DNA of 60,647 bases, filler included. It is 4 parts of 4 records of this genome, joined end to end, with 100 filler letters (N's around TTAATTAATTAA, not from the genome) between each part and the next. Parts side by side here need not be neighbours in the genome. Positions count along the whole stretch, not along the records: positions 26,940 to 38,119 come from SRR2962707_3341; 3 more parts are not named here. One strand, 5' to 3'. The position numbers and the translations under genes are program-made. Below the pieces are notes generated by a model. The model was not told the origin of the DNA, did not search any database, and worked only from the letters and a program-made list of their open reading frames with translations. Shown here piece by piece: positions 28,572-38,113 of this stretch. The number at the start of each line of letters is the position of its first letter. Position 1 is the first letter of the stretch.

Positions 28572-29414
28572 TTATAAAGCGTCGTCTTCTTGCATTTTTT
28601 CTTGTAAATCGGTCACCAACTCTTGTAGAAAACGTGCCCGATTTCCTTTGCGAGCCTTCATCTCTGCATAGGTTTTATAAAAATTACCCAAGTTGATATG
28701 AAATACTTTCTCAAAAATAACAGCGATACTTTTTAAGTCCTCTTTACCGTGATTAATAGCACCATTGGAATACAGCGCATAAGCTAATTCTATAAGGGCT
28801 GTTTTAGAGGCCGTCCACTTTAGTGTTTTCCCTTGAACTTCCTGTAAATGGGTATGGTTTGCTTGCAACTTTAAGTGCTGGCATTCAACTTCTATAAACC
28901 TAGCATACAATTGCGTGGTTTTAATGCGTGTCCATAACATATCATATGGGGTTGAAAAATCCCTATCCCAGTATCGGTTTTCTTTTAAATTAATATGGAC
29001 TTTTTTCAACTTTCTTGTAAAATAGTATTCATCCATATCACTACGATTCCGTTGCATATAATAAATCAGTTCTCGGTGTTTTGCGTAAAACTTATTGATT
29101 TTACGAAATTCTTTTTTCAAAAATTGTTGTTGCTCATCAACATCGAGTTGTGGTAGTAGAAGTTGGTACGTTCGTACTTTATAGAGGTAATACAAATAAG
29201 ATTCTGGAGGTGTTTTTTGCATTTTGAAAAAATGGATTTCTTCTATTTCATTTTGAAACCCATCCAAAAGCACCTTTCGTTTAAGGTGCTGTAGACATTG
29301 GTAACATAGTTCAACCCCCTCTTCTAATTGATCAAATGAGTTAAAGGATGCTAATTGTAATTGATCATATTTCTTTTGAAACCGTTCAACAATTTCTTGA
29401 TACGTTTCCACCAT
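28572..29414 (-). CDS. rteC: RteC-domain regulator of conjugative transposon excision/transfer
   Basis: EEIHFFKMQK and LKWTASKTALIELAYAL...FEKVFHINLGNFYKTYAEMKARK motifs. Confidence 0.85.
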   Translation of the reverse strand: MVETYQEIVERFQKKYDQLQLASFNSFDQLEEGVELCYQCLQHLKRKVLLDGFQNEIEEIHFFKMQKTPPESYLYYLYKVRTYQLLLPQLDVDEQQQFLKKEFRKINKFYAKHRELIYYMQRNRSDMDEYYFTRKLKKVHINLKENRYWDRDFSTPYDMLWTRIKTTQLYARFIEVECQHLKLQANHTHLQEVQGKTLKWTASKTALIELAYALYSNGAINHGKEDLKSIAVIFEKVFHINLGNFYKTYAEMKARKGNRARFLQELVTDLQEKMQEDDAL

Positions 29415-29506
29415 TATCTTTTATTTAATAGTGATTTATGGAAGTGTTTACCCTTTTTTACAGCGGTACGTTCCCGATTAATTTGCTTAGGTTAAAAACG
29501 GTATGG

Positions 29507-30307
29507 CTACATTCTTTTTATAAAAGCACTCGGTGACATTCCTGTATACTTAGAAAAGAAAGCTGAAAAATGATGCACCGAACTAAATCCCATAGTAGTT
29601 GCAATTTCTTTGAGAGGCTTGTGTTTTTTAAAAAGGCTTTTGGATTCCAAAAGGATAGTATTCACAATGAAGTAGCGTGGAGACTTCCCACTTATTTGTT
29701 TAACGACTTTTGACAAATAATTGGTGCTTATAAATAACTTCCCTGCATAATATCCAATGCGATGCTCTTTGCCTTTATTTTCTTTTACTTCCATTAGAAA
29801 TGCTAAAAATAACCGCGTTTGTCGTGAGGCTTTTTCATGGGGTTTTAGAGGCAGGTTTTCATACAATGCAAAAAACAGTAACTGCCAAGCTATGGAGAAT
29901 GGTTCTTTATCCATTTCCAAAATAGATGATATTCTTTGCCTCCTATACCAAAGATACCCCAACAATCCCACTATAAGTTGCCCTTGTTGCTTGTTTAAAG
30001 AAATGACAACAAGACACTCTATCGTGCCATATAAAAACAATAACGGAAATGATACTCCAAACCTTTTTAAGGAATCAAGATCACTGACAACTACATATGC
30101 CAACTGCACATGACCATGTATGTTAAGGGTAAGAAAATGAGGAGTTTCAACAAGTAGACACTGTCCCCTTTTTAGGATTTGCAGATCCTTATTAATATGC
30201 ACTGTTAGTTGACCTGCATGCGCCAAACATAACAAATAACAGTTGTTATATTGCTTTGTAAATGCTACGTCTCCTTGGAATTGGATTATAAAAAAATCCA
30301 TAGCCAT
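29507..30307 (-). CDS. AraC-family transcriptional regulator
   Basis: YYAGKLFISTNYLSKVVKQISG and EIATTMGFSSVHHFSAFFSKYTGMSP HTH motifs. Confidence 0.88.
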   Translation of the reverse strand: MAMDFFIIQFQGDVAFTKQYNNCYLLCLAHAGQLTVHINKDLQILKRGQCLLVETPHFLTLNIHGHVQLAYVVVSDLDSLKRFGVSFPLLFLYGTIECLVVISLNKQQGQLIVGLLGYLWYRRQRISSILEMDKEPFSIAWQLLFFALYENLPLKPHEKASRQTRLFLAFLMEVKENKGKEHRIGYYAGKLFISTNYLSKVVKQISGKSPRYFIVNTILLESKSLFKKHKPLKEIATTMGFSSVHHFSAFFSKYTGMSPSAFIKRM

Positions 30308-30353
30308 TATTAAATGTGGGGTTTACCTCCATCTGCTGTAATAGGTATATTAT

Positions 30354-30395
30354 ACAAAGGGTTAAAACAGTATTCATAACTGCTTTAACCCTTGT
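30354..30395 (-). terminator. stem-loop after the lipoprotein gene
   Basis: AAGGGTTAAAACAGT / ACTGCTTTAACCCTT inverted repeat. Confidence 0.5.
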
Positions 30396-30403
30396 TTATG
30401 TGA

Positions 30404-31102
30404 TCATTCGTTATCATTGGCTACACTTAGAATGAGTGCATTGTGAATCCCTTGCGCATTGCTTTGCAAATCCCCTTCTAACCAATTGTATATGTGTCCA
30501 ATGGAAATATTCCAATCCTCATCTTCCCGACCTCCACCATCATCATCGTCATCATCTCCCTCACTCAGAACACTGGGGATTGATTCCTCTTTATTTAGCT
30601 CGGTTATAAACCATAAAGTCCCCAAGAGCACTCTTTTGTCCTCTGAAGTGAATAACGGATCTTTATCAATTTCACCCCTAAAACTATCATATAATTGGGG
30701 AAGTCCACTGAAATCTTCAGGTAGTAACAATGTTTCTGTCATTGCCCGCATACGATCTTTAGCTAATGTACTGAGTTGTGAATCATCTAGTATATCATCG
30801 AATCGAATCTCTGTCGAATCCCTTGAAACGGGACTAGGCAATTGCCAAAGATGCTCCCCAAATGTGTCTGTACAAAGTGCAGCTATCGCTTCATATTTTT
30901 GAGTAGCGACTAACGATCCTGTTTGTGCTCCTAATAACTCCTCCTGAAGCTGATTATAATAATAAGCCAATGAATCTGTTGCTCCAGATGTAGCAGTAAC
31001 CAAATAGGGTGTTTTTAAGACTTCTTCTTCTATCTCTACGGATTCCTTGCTACAAGAAACCAGTATCGTCATTAAAATGAAATAGGTTTTAATTGTTTTC
31101 AT
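30404..31102 (-). CDS. hypothetical lipoprotein
   Basis: MKTIKTYFILMTILVSC lipobox; acidic GDDDDDDGGG linker. Confidence 0.75.
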   Translation of the reverse strand: MKTIKTYFILMTILVSCSKESVEIEEEVLKTPYLVTATSGATDSLAYYYNQLQEELLGAQTGSLVATQKYEAIAALCTDTFGEHLWQLPSPVSRDSTEIRFDDILDDSQLSTLAKDRMRAMTETLLLPEDFSGLPQLYDSFRGEIDKDPLFTSEDKRVLLGTLWFITELNKEESIPSVLSEGDDDDDDGGGREDEDWNISIGHIYNWLEGDLQSNAQGIHNALILSVANDNE

Positions 31103-31249
31103 GCTTTTTAGTTTTTGTAATACTGAAACTTCTATTCTTGTTCAGTTTACCCGGGTAAGCAGAATGACAGTCATGACAAGACTACCTGTTGTTTTTGAAT
31201 TCCCCGTAAAACTAAAAGCTTGAAATAAGGCAAACAATCACTTCTTATT

Positions 31250-31289
31250 TGATTTTCTGAAAACAAACTATGATTTTCAGAAAATCATA
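31250..31289. promoter_or_regulatory. candidate regulator binding site (TGATTTTCWGAAAA x2, 21-bp period)
   Basis: Direct repeats at 31250 and 31271; second copy lies in palindrome TATGATTTTC-A-GAAAATCATA. Confidence 0.5.
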
Positions 31290-31391
31290 CGCCTACAAAA
31301 ACCACCGAATTACTGATTTCCAAAGATTTATACTACTTTTAAGGTATTAAATACTTTTTACCACTTTACTATCATAGTATGATAAAATACT

Positions 31392-33098
31392 ATGGTCAAA
31401 TCAACCGATACAATGAAATACTACTACTTAGTCTTCTTATGCCTATTTCAATATTGGGGATTCTCCCAACAAAATAAACCGATAGCCCCTGTACCTTTAA
31501 CGAACCACTCCTACGATATTCTCTTTGACAGTATCAAAAATTCGGATCCTTTAAGTGCACAACAACGAGGTTATTTAAAAGTCTTTTTGGAAAAAGCTAA
31601 GCGTGAAAACAATACTGTAGAGATTGTTAATGCATATAAAAACTACCTCCATCACGGAACAAAGAATTTACAACTAGTCTATGCTGATAGTATGATTTTA
31701 ACCGCTACCCTTGCCAAGGACACAACACTTATAGGAAGTAGTTACCTCACCAAAGGAATTGTCTATTATGGATTAAAACAACATGACAAGGCATTGGATT
31801 ATTATTTAAAGGCTAATGAGCTATTAATCAATTCCTCAGACACCTACCTGACGTACAAAACAAAATACCATCTCGGTATGGCTAAATATTTTCTAGGCTA
31901 TTACCATGAAGCTGTTTCTTTATATCAAGAATGTCTGGCCTTTTTCAAAGACTCCTATCCTAGGCCGTATCTGAATACATTACATTCATTGGGGCTTTGT
32001 TACAATCAAATGAAAAATTACGCATCAGCTTCTGACATAAACACCCTCGGACTAAAGGAAGCAAAACGTATGGACATGCACGTAATGGATTCTTATTTTA
32101 AGCTCTCCGAAGGTATCAATCTATTTGATAAAGAAACCTATATACCATCTCTCAAGCTTCTTAAAGCCTCCATTAACGATTCCATTATTCTTAAAGACAG
32201 TACCAATTTGAGTATTGCCTATTTTTTCATTGCCAAGAATTATCTAGAGCAAAAACAATCAGACAATGCAATAGCATACCTTCTAAAGGTAGACCGTATC
32301 TATGAAGATACTGGATACCTCCGCCCTGACCTTAGGGAAACCTTCGAATTATTAATTAATTATTACGACTCTAAAAACCAACCCAAAGAAAAGCTTTATT
32401 ATATTGAAAGACTGTTGGAATTTGATGACTTGATCAATACATACTATAGATACCTCTCCTATAAAATTCACAAGGAAAGTATCTACACTACTCAAAAATT
32501 ACGGCAAGAAAAACAAAAAGCAGAGCGTCAACTTTTTATAGAAAAACACGGTAAGAGGATCTTGTATTTTGCACTCATTTTAGTAAGTATTCTCCTCATT
32601 TTTATATTTAACCGTCACCTCTATCTAAAAAAATTATACAAGAAGCGTTTTGAGCAATTAATGGCAACCAACCATAAACTTCCATTAAAAAAAACTTCAA
32701 AAGAACACCATAAAAAAACAGATTATCAATTAAACCTTGAAGTAGAAACTGATCTCTTACAGAAATTACACAACTTTGAAGATAAGAAGCGATACCTGGC
32801 TGACGATATTACGCTAGCCAAAGTAGCTGCTGATTTTGATACCAATACCAGATACCTATCCCAACTAATTTTAAAACATCGAGAAATGCGGTTCAAGGAA
32901 TATGTCAACAGCCTTAAAATAGCCCATCTGATTGATCTATTAAAATCAAATACCCTCATCCGAAACTATAAATATGATGCCTTAGCCAAAGAAGTAGGAT
33001 TCACAGGAAAACAAGGCTTTGTAGCAGCGTTTAAAGCAAACACAGGCATTACACCAGCATTCTTTATTGAAAAATTAAGTACAAAAAGTACCCATTAA
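31392..33098 (+). CDS. membrane-anchored TPR-sensor AraC regulator
   Basis: Signal sequence, TPR repeats, TM segment ILYFALILVSILLIFIF, C-terminal AraC HTH. Confidence 0.85.
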   Translation: MVKSTDTMKYYYLVFLCLFQYWGFSQQNKPIAPVPLTNHSYDILFDSIKNSDPLSAQQRGYLKVFLEKAKRENNTVEIVNAYKNYLHHGTKNLQLVYADSMILTATLAKDTTLIGSSYLTKGIVYYGLKQHDKALDYYLKANELLINSSDTYLTYKTKYHLGMAKYFLGYYHEAVSLYQECLAFFKDSYPRPYLNTLHSLGLCYNQMKNYASASDINTLGLKEAKRMDMHVMDSYFKLSEGINLFDKETYIPSLKLLKASINDSIILKDSTNLSIAYFFIAKNYLEQKQSDNAIAYLLKVDRIYEDTGYLRPDLRETFELLINYYDSKNQPKEKLYYIERLLEFDDLINTYYRYLSYKIHKESIYTTQKLRQEKQKAERQLFIEKHGKRILYFALILVSILLIFIFNRHLYLKKLYKKRFEQLMATNHKLPLKKTSKEHHKKTDYQLNLEVETDLLQKLHNFEDKKRYLADDITLAKVAADFDTNTRYLSQLILKHREMRFKEYVNSLKIAHLIDLLKSNTLIRNYKYDALAKEVGFTGKQGFVAAFKANTGITPAFFIEKLSTKSTH

Positions 33099-33185
33099 AA
33101 ATTAAAGCCTGCTAAATGTACTTTATATAAATGTAGAATATTTAGTTCTTAAAATACACGTAAAAAAACAATACTACGAAAAAAA

Positions 33186-33221
33186 TGGTCAGATAAGGAA
33201 ACTAAATTTCCCTTCTGACCA
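33186..33221. terminator. probable bidirectional terminator between convergent genes
   Basis: TGGTCAGA...TCTGACCA stem with inner GGAAA/TTTCC pairing. Confidence 0.55.
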
Positions 33222-33250
33222 AATTTACTCTTTCATCAAGTAAATACCTA

Positions 33251-34255
33251 TTAATGGGATGATTTTGTGTCCAGCTGATAATTTGCTAGAATATCCTCAG
33301 CCCCTGGGAAAGGAATATCATTTAATTCACACCAAGTTTCAACTTCTCCAGTTAATACTACTAGTTGTCTCTGAATATCTCTATTCGAAGGTCTTACTCC
33401 GTGGTGATGTCCTTTAAAATATACTTCCCAATCCGTTTTTACGGTTCCTTTGTATTCCTTACCCTCATAAACTTCATAAGTTAATCTAAATGAATAAGTA
33501 TAACCTTTTTGCAAAGAAGACATAAGAGAAAGTCCTGAAGAAACTGATTCAGTCGAATCAATTCTATTTATAGTAGCAGGATTGATAAGTTCTGAAGCCA
33601 CAGATGGTATAAGCTCTTGATTTTTTGAATTTGCATCTTTTAAAAGTTCAAAAATCTCTTTCGATCTTTTGATAAAATCTAAAAGTTCTTTATCATTAAA
33701 ATCCATTTTCATCAATTGTTCCTTATACGCTTGTAAAAAAGTATTGAATGTTATTTTATCAACATCAACGCTAGATTTTACGGCAGTAAAAGTCATTGCA
33801 TTTTCAATTGCAGTTGTAATTCCAGTCGCCTCTATTCTTCGCTGCCAGGCCATAATATCAAACCTTGTTATTGAAAGTCCATCTACTATTATATAGTAAG
33901 AATGCATTTCTGATTGTGTACCTTCTCCAGCACCTAAAATAGCTTCTAAGCCTCCAGTTACTAGTTCTCCAATGCCGTCAACTATTCCTTCTGCATCGCC
34001 ACCTATAAATTTTTTCACCGCCCCTGTAACAGTTTCAACTAGGGTTCCAGCATTTTCAGATACATAAGCTCTTGTCTCTCCATGAAAAGCTAGTGTGTTA
34101 GTTATTGGAATTGTAGGATTTTCAGGTGTCCCAGTAGTTCTAAGCAATTGTTTTAAAGATTCTTTCTGCAAAGCATTTTTTTGCTCTGCTAATTCAAAAA
34201 GTAAATTAACTGCTAGCGTCAATTCTTTTTTCTTGTCTGTTGAGGTTTTGAAATC
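33251..34255 (-). pseudogene. hypothetical protein, probably 5'-truncated at the junction with the IS110 remnant
   Basis: Over 320 codons open; no ATG near the 5' end; reading frame runs into antisense transposase sequence at about 34250. Confidence 0.55.
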
Positions 34256-34742
34256 TTTAAAAAGACAGTTAAAAAATATAGATAAAGAGCTTGTGAAGCT
34301 GGAAGCTACACTGTCTGAAAAAGTAAAATTAGAGTATCAAAAAGAAGCCACTTTATTAAAATCAATTCCAGGTATAGGAGAGAAAACTGCATTAATGTTG
34401 TTGGTGTTTACAAATGGTTTTAAGCAATTTAAATCGGCCAGTGATCTTTGTAGTTATGCAGGTATTACACCTACCACGAGAGAGTCTGGAACGAGTATAA
34501 AAGGTAGACCTAGAATCAGTAAAATGGGTAACCCTAAACTTAGAAACTTACTATTCATGTGTAGTTTTAATGCATGTAAATATAATCGCGCATGTAAGGC
34601 GCTTTACGAGCTTATTGTTGCAAAAGGAAAGAGTAAAAAGTTAGCATTAATTGCCATGTGTAATAAACTACTTAAACAAGCTTTTGCTATTGTGAAAAAT
34701 GGAATCCCTTATGATGAAAATTTTGTTTCAAGATTGAGGTAA
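34245..34742 (+). pseudogene. IS110-family recombinase/transposase, C-terminal fragment
   Basis: LLKSIPGIG, SYAGITP...SGTS, GNPKLRNLLF and KLALIAMCNKLLK motifs; N-terminal RuvC-like DEDD domain absent. Confidence 0.88.
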
Positions 34743-34835
34743 AAACCAAAGGATTTTACCTCAGTTCTTTGTTGTGCATAGTGCTTTTCAAATTCAGCTT
34801 GGTTTTCCGATGTTTGTTATTTAGTTCTAATGTGT

Positions 34836-34923
34836 GCGTTGGCGAGACATACTCTTTTGCAATTTTTGGTGTAGTGTTGGATGATGCGAATTGCAAATGT
34901 GTATGGCTTTTTAGTGTTGGCTT
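34836..34923. repeat. structured GTTGG-bounded hairpin repeat, copy 1
   Basis: GCGTTGGC...CATACTCTTTTGCAATT-loop(GTTGG)-AATTGCAAATGTGTATG...GTTGGCT. Confidence 0.6.
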
Positions 34924-34941
34924 GAAACAAACAAATTTCCA

Positions 34942-36255
34942 TTAATCCATTACAAACTTAAATCCTGCTGTAACAATATTAGAACTAAAAGATGTATCTC
35001 TATCGTACTGATAAAATTTTAAGTCAATACTTTTTAGACCTAGTTTCCAAATATGTGCCTTTGCGAAAATATCTGTGTACGACACTCCAAAACCAATTTG
35101 GTTAGCAGAATATTCGGAAAGGTCATAATCAGAAGTATAAAAGTCATCGGTAGATAAAGTACTTTCATAAGGTCTAAAATAATCGGCTGCTGTTTGATTA
35201 TAAAATCTGTAAGATGGATACAAAGTAAACTTATCAGTAATTTTAATTGGCACTTCAATACTTGCAGTATGTGAAGATATTCCCCAATCATCAAAATAAT
35301 AGCGATAGAATGTTCTTACTGTAAATGTTTCATTTAAATACCAATTTAAACGACCACCAACAGCTACTTTAAATCTTGAATCTGGTAAACGCTCAACTGC
35401 ATCTGCAAGTTGAAAATTATCTATGAATGAATCTGCAACATCGCTAAAATAAACTCTTTGAAATGGTGTAGATAATAATCCATCTTGTTTTACAAAATCT
35501 AGTGCTAAAGAACCTTGCACATTTTTATGAAGAATTTGAGAGAAGCCAAATCCTAAAGAATAAGAATTACGACCTTCATCTTTAAATTCACTAAATCTAG
35601 GATTGTAATTTGTGTTTCCTGTAATTGTATTTTGAGTAAACAAATTATCATTTAAACCATTGCCATTTTCTCCGAATGGTCTTAATTCGGTTGGGTAAAT
35701 GGCGTTCCAAGTATCAATATAAACATTTGCATTTACACTTAATTCTGTATTCTTTTCATTAAATAATTTTGTGTAACTACCACCAACACCAGCTGAAAAA
35801 TAATCGTATTCTGATGAAATAGATATTTTTGCAGACCAAATATCATTTCTATCGTCAGAACTATGACTATAACTTCCTGTTAAATTTGCCCAAAGGTCGC
35901 TACTTGATGCGCCAGAAGATGCTTGAAATGGGTCTGCTGGCCCATCATCAAAAGGTCCAACGTTACTTGAAGATGCTGATGTGTAAGCAGAAACTCCAGC
36001 GTCAATGGTTAGAACATCATCATCATTTAAAGGTATTGAAACTACAAAGGTTCCTGTAACATCTGTTAATTCTTCAGTGCCTATTCCGCCACTTACCGCA
36101 GCATTATCTCCATCTTGCGAGTAGTAACTTGTTAGAAAATCTACTTCTGTAGTTTCTAATACACGTTTTTTATAAACTTTTGTCGAGTCTTGTTCTGTTT
36201 GCGAATAAGATTTAACAAAAGCAAATACGCATAATATCAAAATAAATTTTTTCAA
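34942..36255 (-). CDS. DUF3570 outer-membrane beta-barrel-like protein
   Basis: TTG start gives a signal peptide; SYYSQDG, YTSASS, SSGASS, ERLPDSR, YRYYFDDWGI and SDYDLS motifs; aromatic C-terminus. Confidence 0.8.
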   Translation of the reverse strand: MKKFILILCVFAFVKSYSQTEQDSTKVYKKRVLETTEVDFLTSYYSQDGDNAAVSGGIGTEELTDVTGTFVVSIPLNDDDVLTIDAGVSAYTSASSSNVGPFDDGPADPFQASSGASSSDLWANLTGSYSHSSDDRNDIWSAKISISSEYDYFSAGVGGSYTKLFNEKNTELSVNANVYIDTWNAIYPTELRPFGENGNGLNDNLFTQNTITGNTNYNPRFSEFKDEGRNSYSLGFGFSQILHKNVQGSLALDFVKQDGLLSTPFQRVYFSDVADSFIDNFQLADAVERLPDSRFKVAVGGRLNWYLNETFTVRTFYRYYFDDWGISSHTASIEVPIKITDKFTLYPSYRFYNQTAADYFRPYESTLSTDDFYTSDYDLSEYSANQIGFGVSYTDIFAKAHIWKLGLKSIDLKFYQYDRDTSFSSNIVTAGFKFVMD

Positions 36256-36268
36256 CTTTCTTGTTTTA

Positions 36269-36481
36269 TTAGTTACAGCCACAGCCTCCTCCAGTTTTCC
36301 CTCCATTTGCTCCTACAGCAGCTTCACGATATGAATGCATCGTGGAAACATTTCGGTCAGCTTTCTTGTCTGCCAATGCCATATCTGGGTCATTTATATT
36401 TACTTTTTCGTATTCTTTAACTACAACGCAACTACTAAGACAAGTAGTAATTAATGTAGCACATATAAATTTTTTAATCAT
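36269..36481 (-). CDS. DUF4266 small lipoprotein
   Basis: LSSC lipobox; YREAAVGANGGKTGGGCGCN C-terminus. Confidence 0.85.
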   Translation of the reverse strand: MIKKFICATLITTCLSSCVVVKEYEKVNINDPDMALADKKADRNVSTMHSYREAAVGANGGKTGGGCGCN

Positions 36482-37458
36482 AACTTATCTATTTCTATAT
36501 TCTTTGATTTCGTGATATTTCCTTTATCATCAATGATAATACATTCTATTTTTGGTAATTGATTAATGCGGTCTAAACCAGCTTCTTTTCCCATAACAAA
36601 TACTGAAGTTGCAAGTGCATCTGCCAATTCTGCTTTTGGTGCAAATACGGTTACACTTATAATTCCGGTAGAAGGATATCCAGTTCTTGGGTCAATAATA
36701 TGTGTGTATCGTTTGCCATTAAAATTTACATATTTTTCATAATTTCCAGAAGTAACTACAGCTCCATTTGTAATTGGTAATAATGCAAAGACTTTATTTT
36801 TATCCATTGGATTTGTGATGGCTACTTTCCATTCATTACCATTAGGTTGTTTTCCCCAAGTATTCATATCTCCAGAAGCATTAATAATTCCAGAAGGTAC
36901 ACCTTTTGAAATAAGTAGATTTTTTGCCATATCAGCTGCATATCCTTTTCCAATAGCACCAAAACCTATTTTCATTCCTTCTAATTTAAGAAAGATTGTA
37001 CTATTCATTTTATCTAAAACTATGTTTTGATAGCCAACTTTTTCTACTGAAGCTGTTATTTCCTCTTTTGAAGGCATTTTGGCCATACTGCCATCAAACT
37101 TCCAAATTCTGTCCATTGAAGCATAGCTAATGTCAAAAGCACCATCAGTCAATTTTGAAATGCCTATTGCTCTTTCAATTAAATCAAACAATTCTTTGTC
37201 AACTTTCACAGGTTTAATTCCTGCATTGCGATTAATTTCGGATGTTTGAGAAGTATTATCCCAAGATGAAATTAAATTTTCAATTCTTGATATTTCTGCA
37301 ACAGCAGTATCGATATATATGTTTGCTTTTATAGAATCGTTTGCAACAACAGTAATGTCAAATCGACTACCCATTAATTTGAGTGTTCTCTTATATGGTT
37401 GTTGTGCTGTACAACCCATTATTGAGAATAAAAATAATAAAGTGATTATATGTTTCAA
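36478..37458 (-). CDS. apbE: FAD:protein FMN transferase
   Basis: LMGS, TDGAFDIS, GAIGKGYAAD, TSGNYE, HIIDPRTGYP and ADALAT motifs. Confidence 0.95.
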   Translation of the reverse strand: MKHIITLLFLFSIMGCTAQQPYKRTLKLMGSRFDITVVANDSIKANIYIDTAVAEISRIENLISSWDNTSQTSEINRNAGIKPVKVDKELFDLIERAIGISKLTDGAFDISYASMDRIWKFDGSMAKMPSKEEITASVEKVGYQNIVLDKMNSTIFLKLEGMKIGFGAIGKGYAADMAKNLLISKGVPSGIINASGDMNTWGKQPNGNEWKVAITNPMDKNKVFALLPITNGAVVTSGNYEKYVNFNGKRYTHIIDPRTGYPSTGIISVTVFAPKAELADALATSVFVMGKEAGLDRINQLPKIECIIIDDKGNITKSKNIEIDKL

Positions 37459-37459
37459 A

Positions 37460-37900
37460 TTACTTTGTAAAAGCGTTTAATTCTTTAATATAATTTTCTG
37501 GTGTAGTCTTTTTATAACTACTTTCTCCTAACACTTGGCCATTAGAGTCAAGTACTACAACAAAAGGAAAAAAACCTTGTTTATTGTATTTTTCTGCAAG
37601 TAATGCATTCGCTTTTGTTTGTTTTTCTGACAATATGTTTTTCTTTCTTCTAGGAAAATCTGCCTTTAGCATAACATAATTATCTTTTGCATACTTTTTA
37701 AAAGTTTCTGTGCTCCAAATTTCTCTGTCAAGTTTAATACAAGGTGCACACCAATCTGAACCTTGAAATACTAATATTATGGGTTTACTTTCTTTTGATG
37801 CAATTTCTTTTGCAACGTTAATATCTGTTTGCCATTCTTGAGCAATTATTGTATTTATACTTACAATCATTACAATTAATGCCGCAATAACTTTTTTCAT
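37460..37900 (-). CDS. secreted thioredoxin-family protein
   Basis: Signal peptide; GSDWCAPC active site. Confidence 0.9.
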   Translation of the reverse strand: MKKVIAALIVMIVSINTIIAQEWQTDINVAKEIASKESKPIILVFQGSDWCAPCIKLDREIWSTETFKKYAKDNYVMLKADFPRRKKNILSEKQTKANALLAEKYNKQGFFPFVVVLDSNGQVLGESSYKKTTPENYIKELNAFTK

Positions 37901-37930
37901 TTTATTATTATTTATTATTGATAAATGAGA

Positions 37931-37988
37931 TTGTCAACAACTAGACAATACCTATTTAACGAATATATTGTTTTTTTGTTATGAACAA
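37931..37988. repeat. imperfect palindrome resembling an attC-like recombination site
   Basis: TTGTCAACAA..ACAATA..TATT / AATA-TATTGT..TTGTTATGAACAA nested pairing, 30 nt upstream of the thioredoxin ATG. Confidence 0.35.
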
Positions 37989-38027
37989 CTCATTTTTTTT
38001 TTCAGTTTAATATTAGCATCAATTTGA

Positions 38028-38113
38028 GCGTTGGCAAATAAACTGCTCTTTTGTTTTTTCAGAGTTGGCTTATGTGTTGAAAAAAAAACAAATGTGCTGT
38101 TTGTGGGTTGGCT
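38028..38113. repeat. structured GTTGG-bounded hairpin repeat, copy 2
   Basis: GCGTTGGC...AAACTGCTCTTTTGTTTTTT-loop(GTTGG)-AAAAAACAAATGTGCTGTTT...GTTGGCT. Confidence 0.6.

Noticed and set aside
34095-34244. N-terminal extension of the IS110 ORF in the ORF track
   Set aside because: It is the antisense of the neighbouring hypothetical gene; transposase similarity starts near 34245
36256-36306. Longer DUF3570 start overlapping DUF4266
   Set aside because: TTG at 36255 gives a normal signal peptide without the overlap
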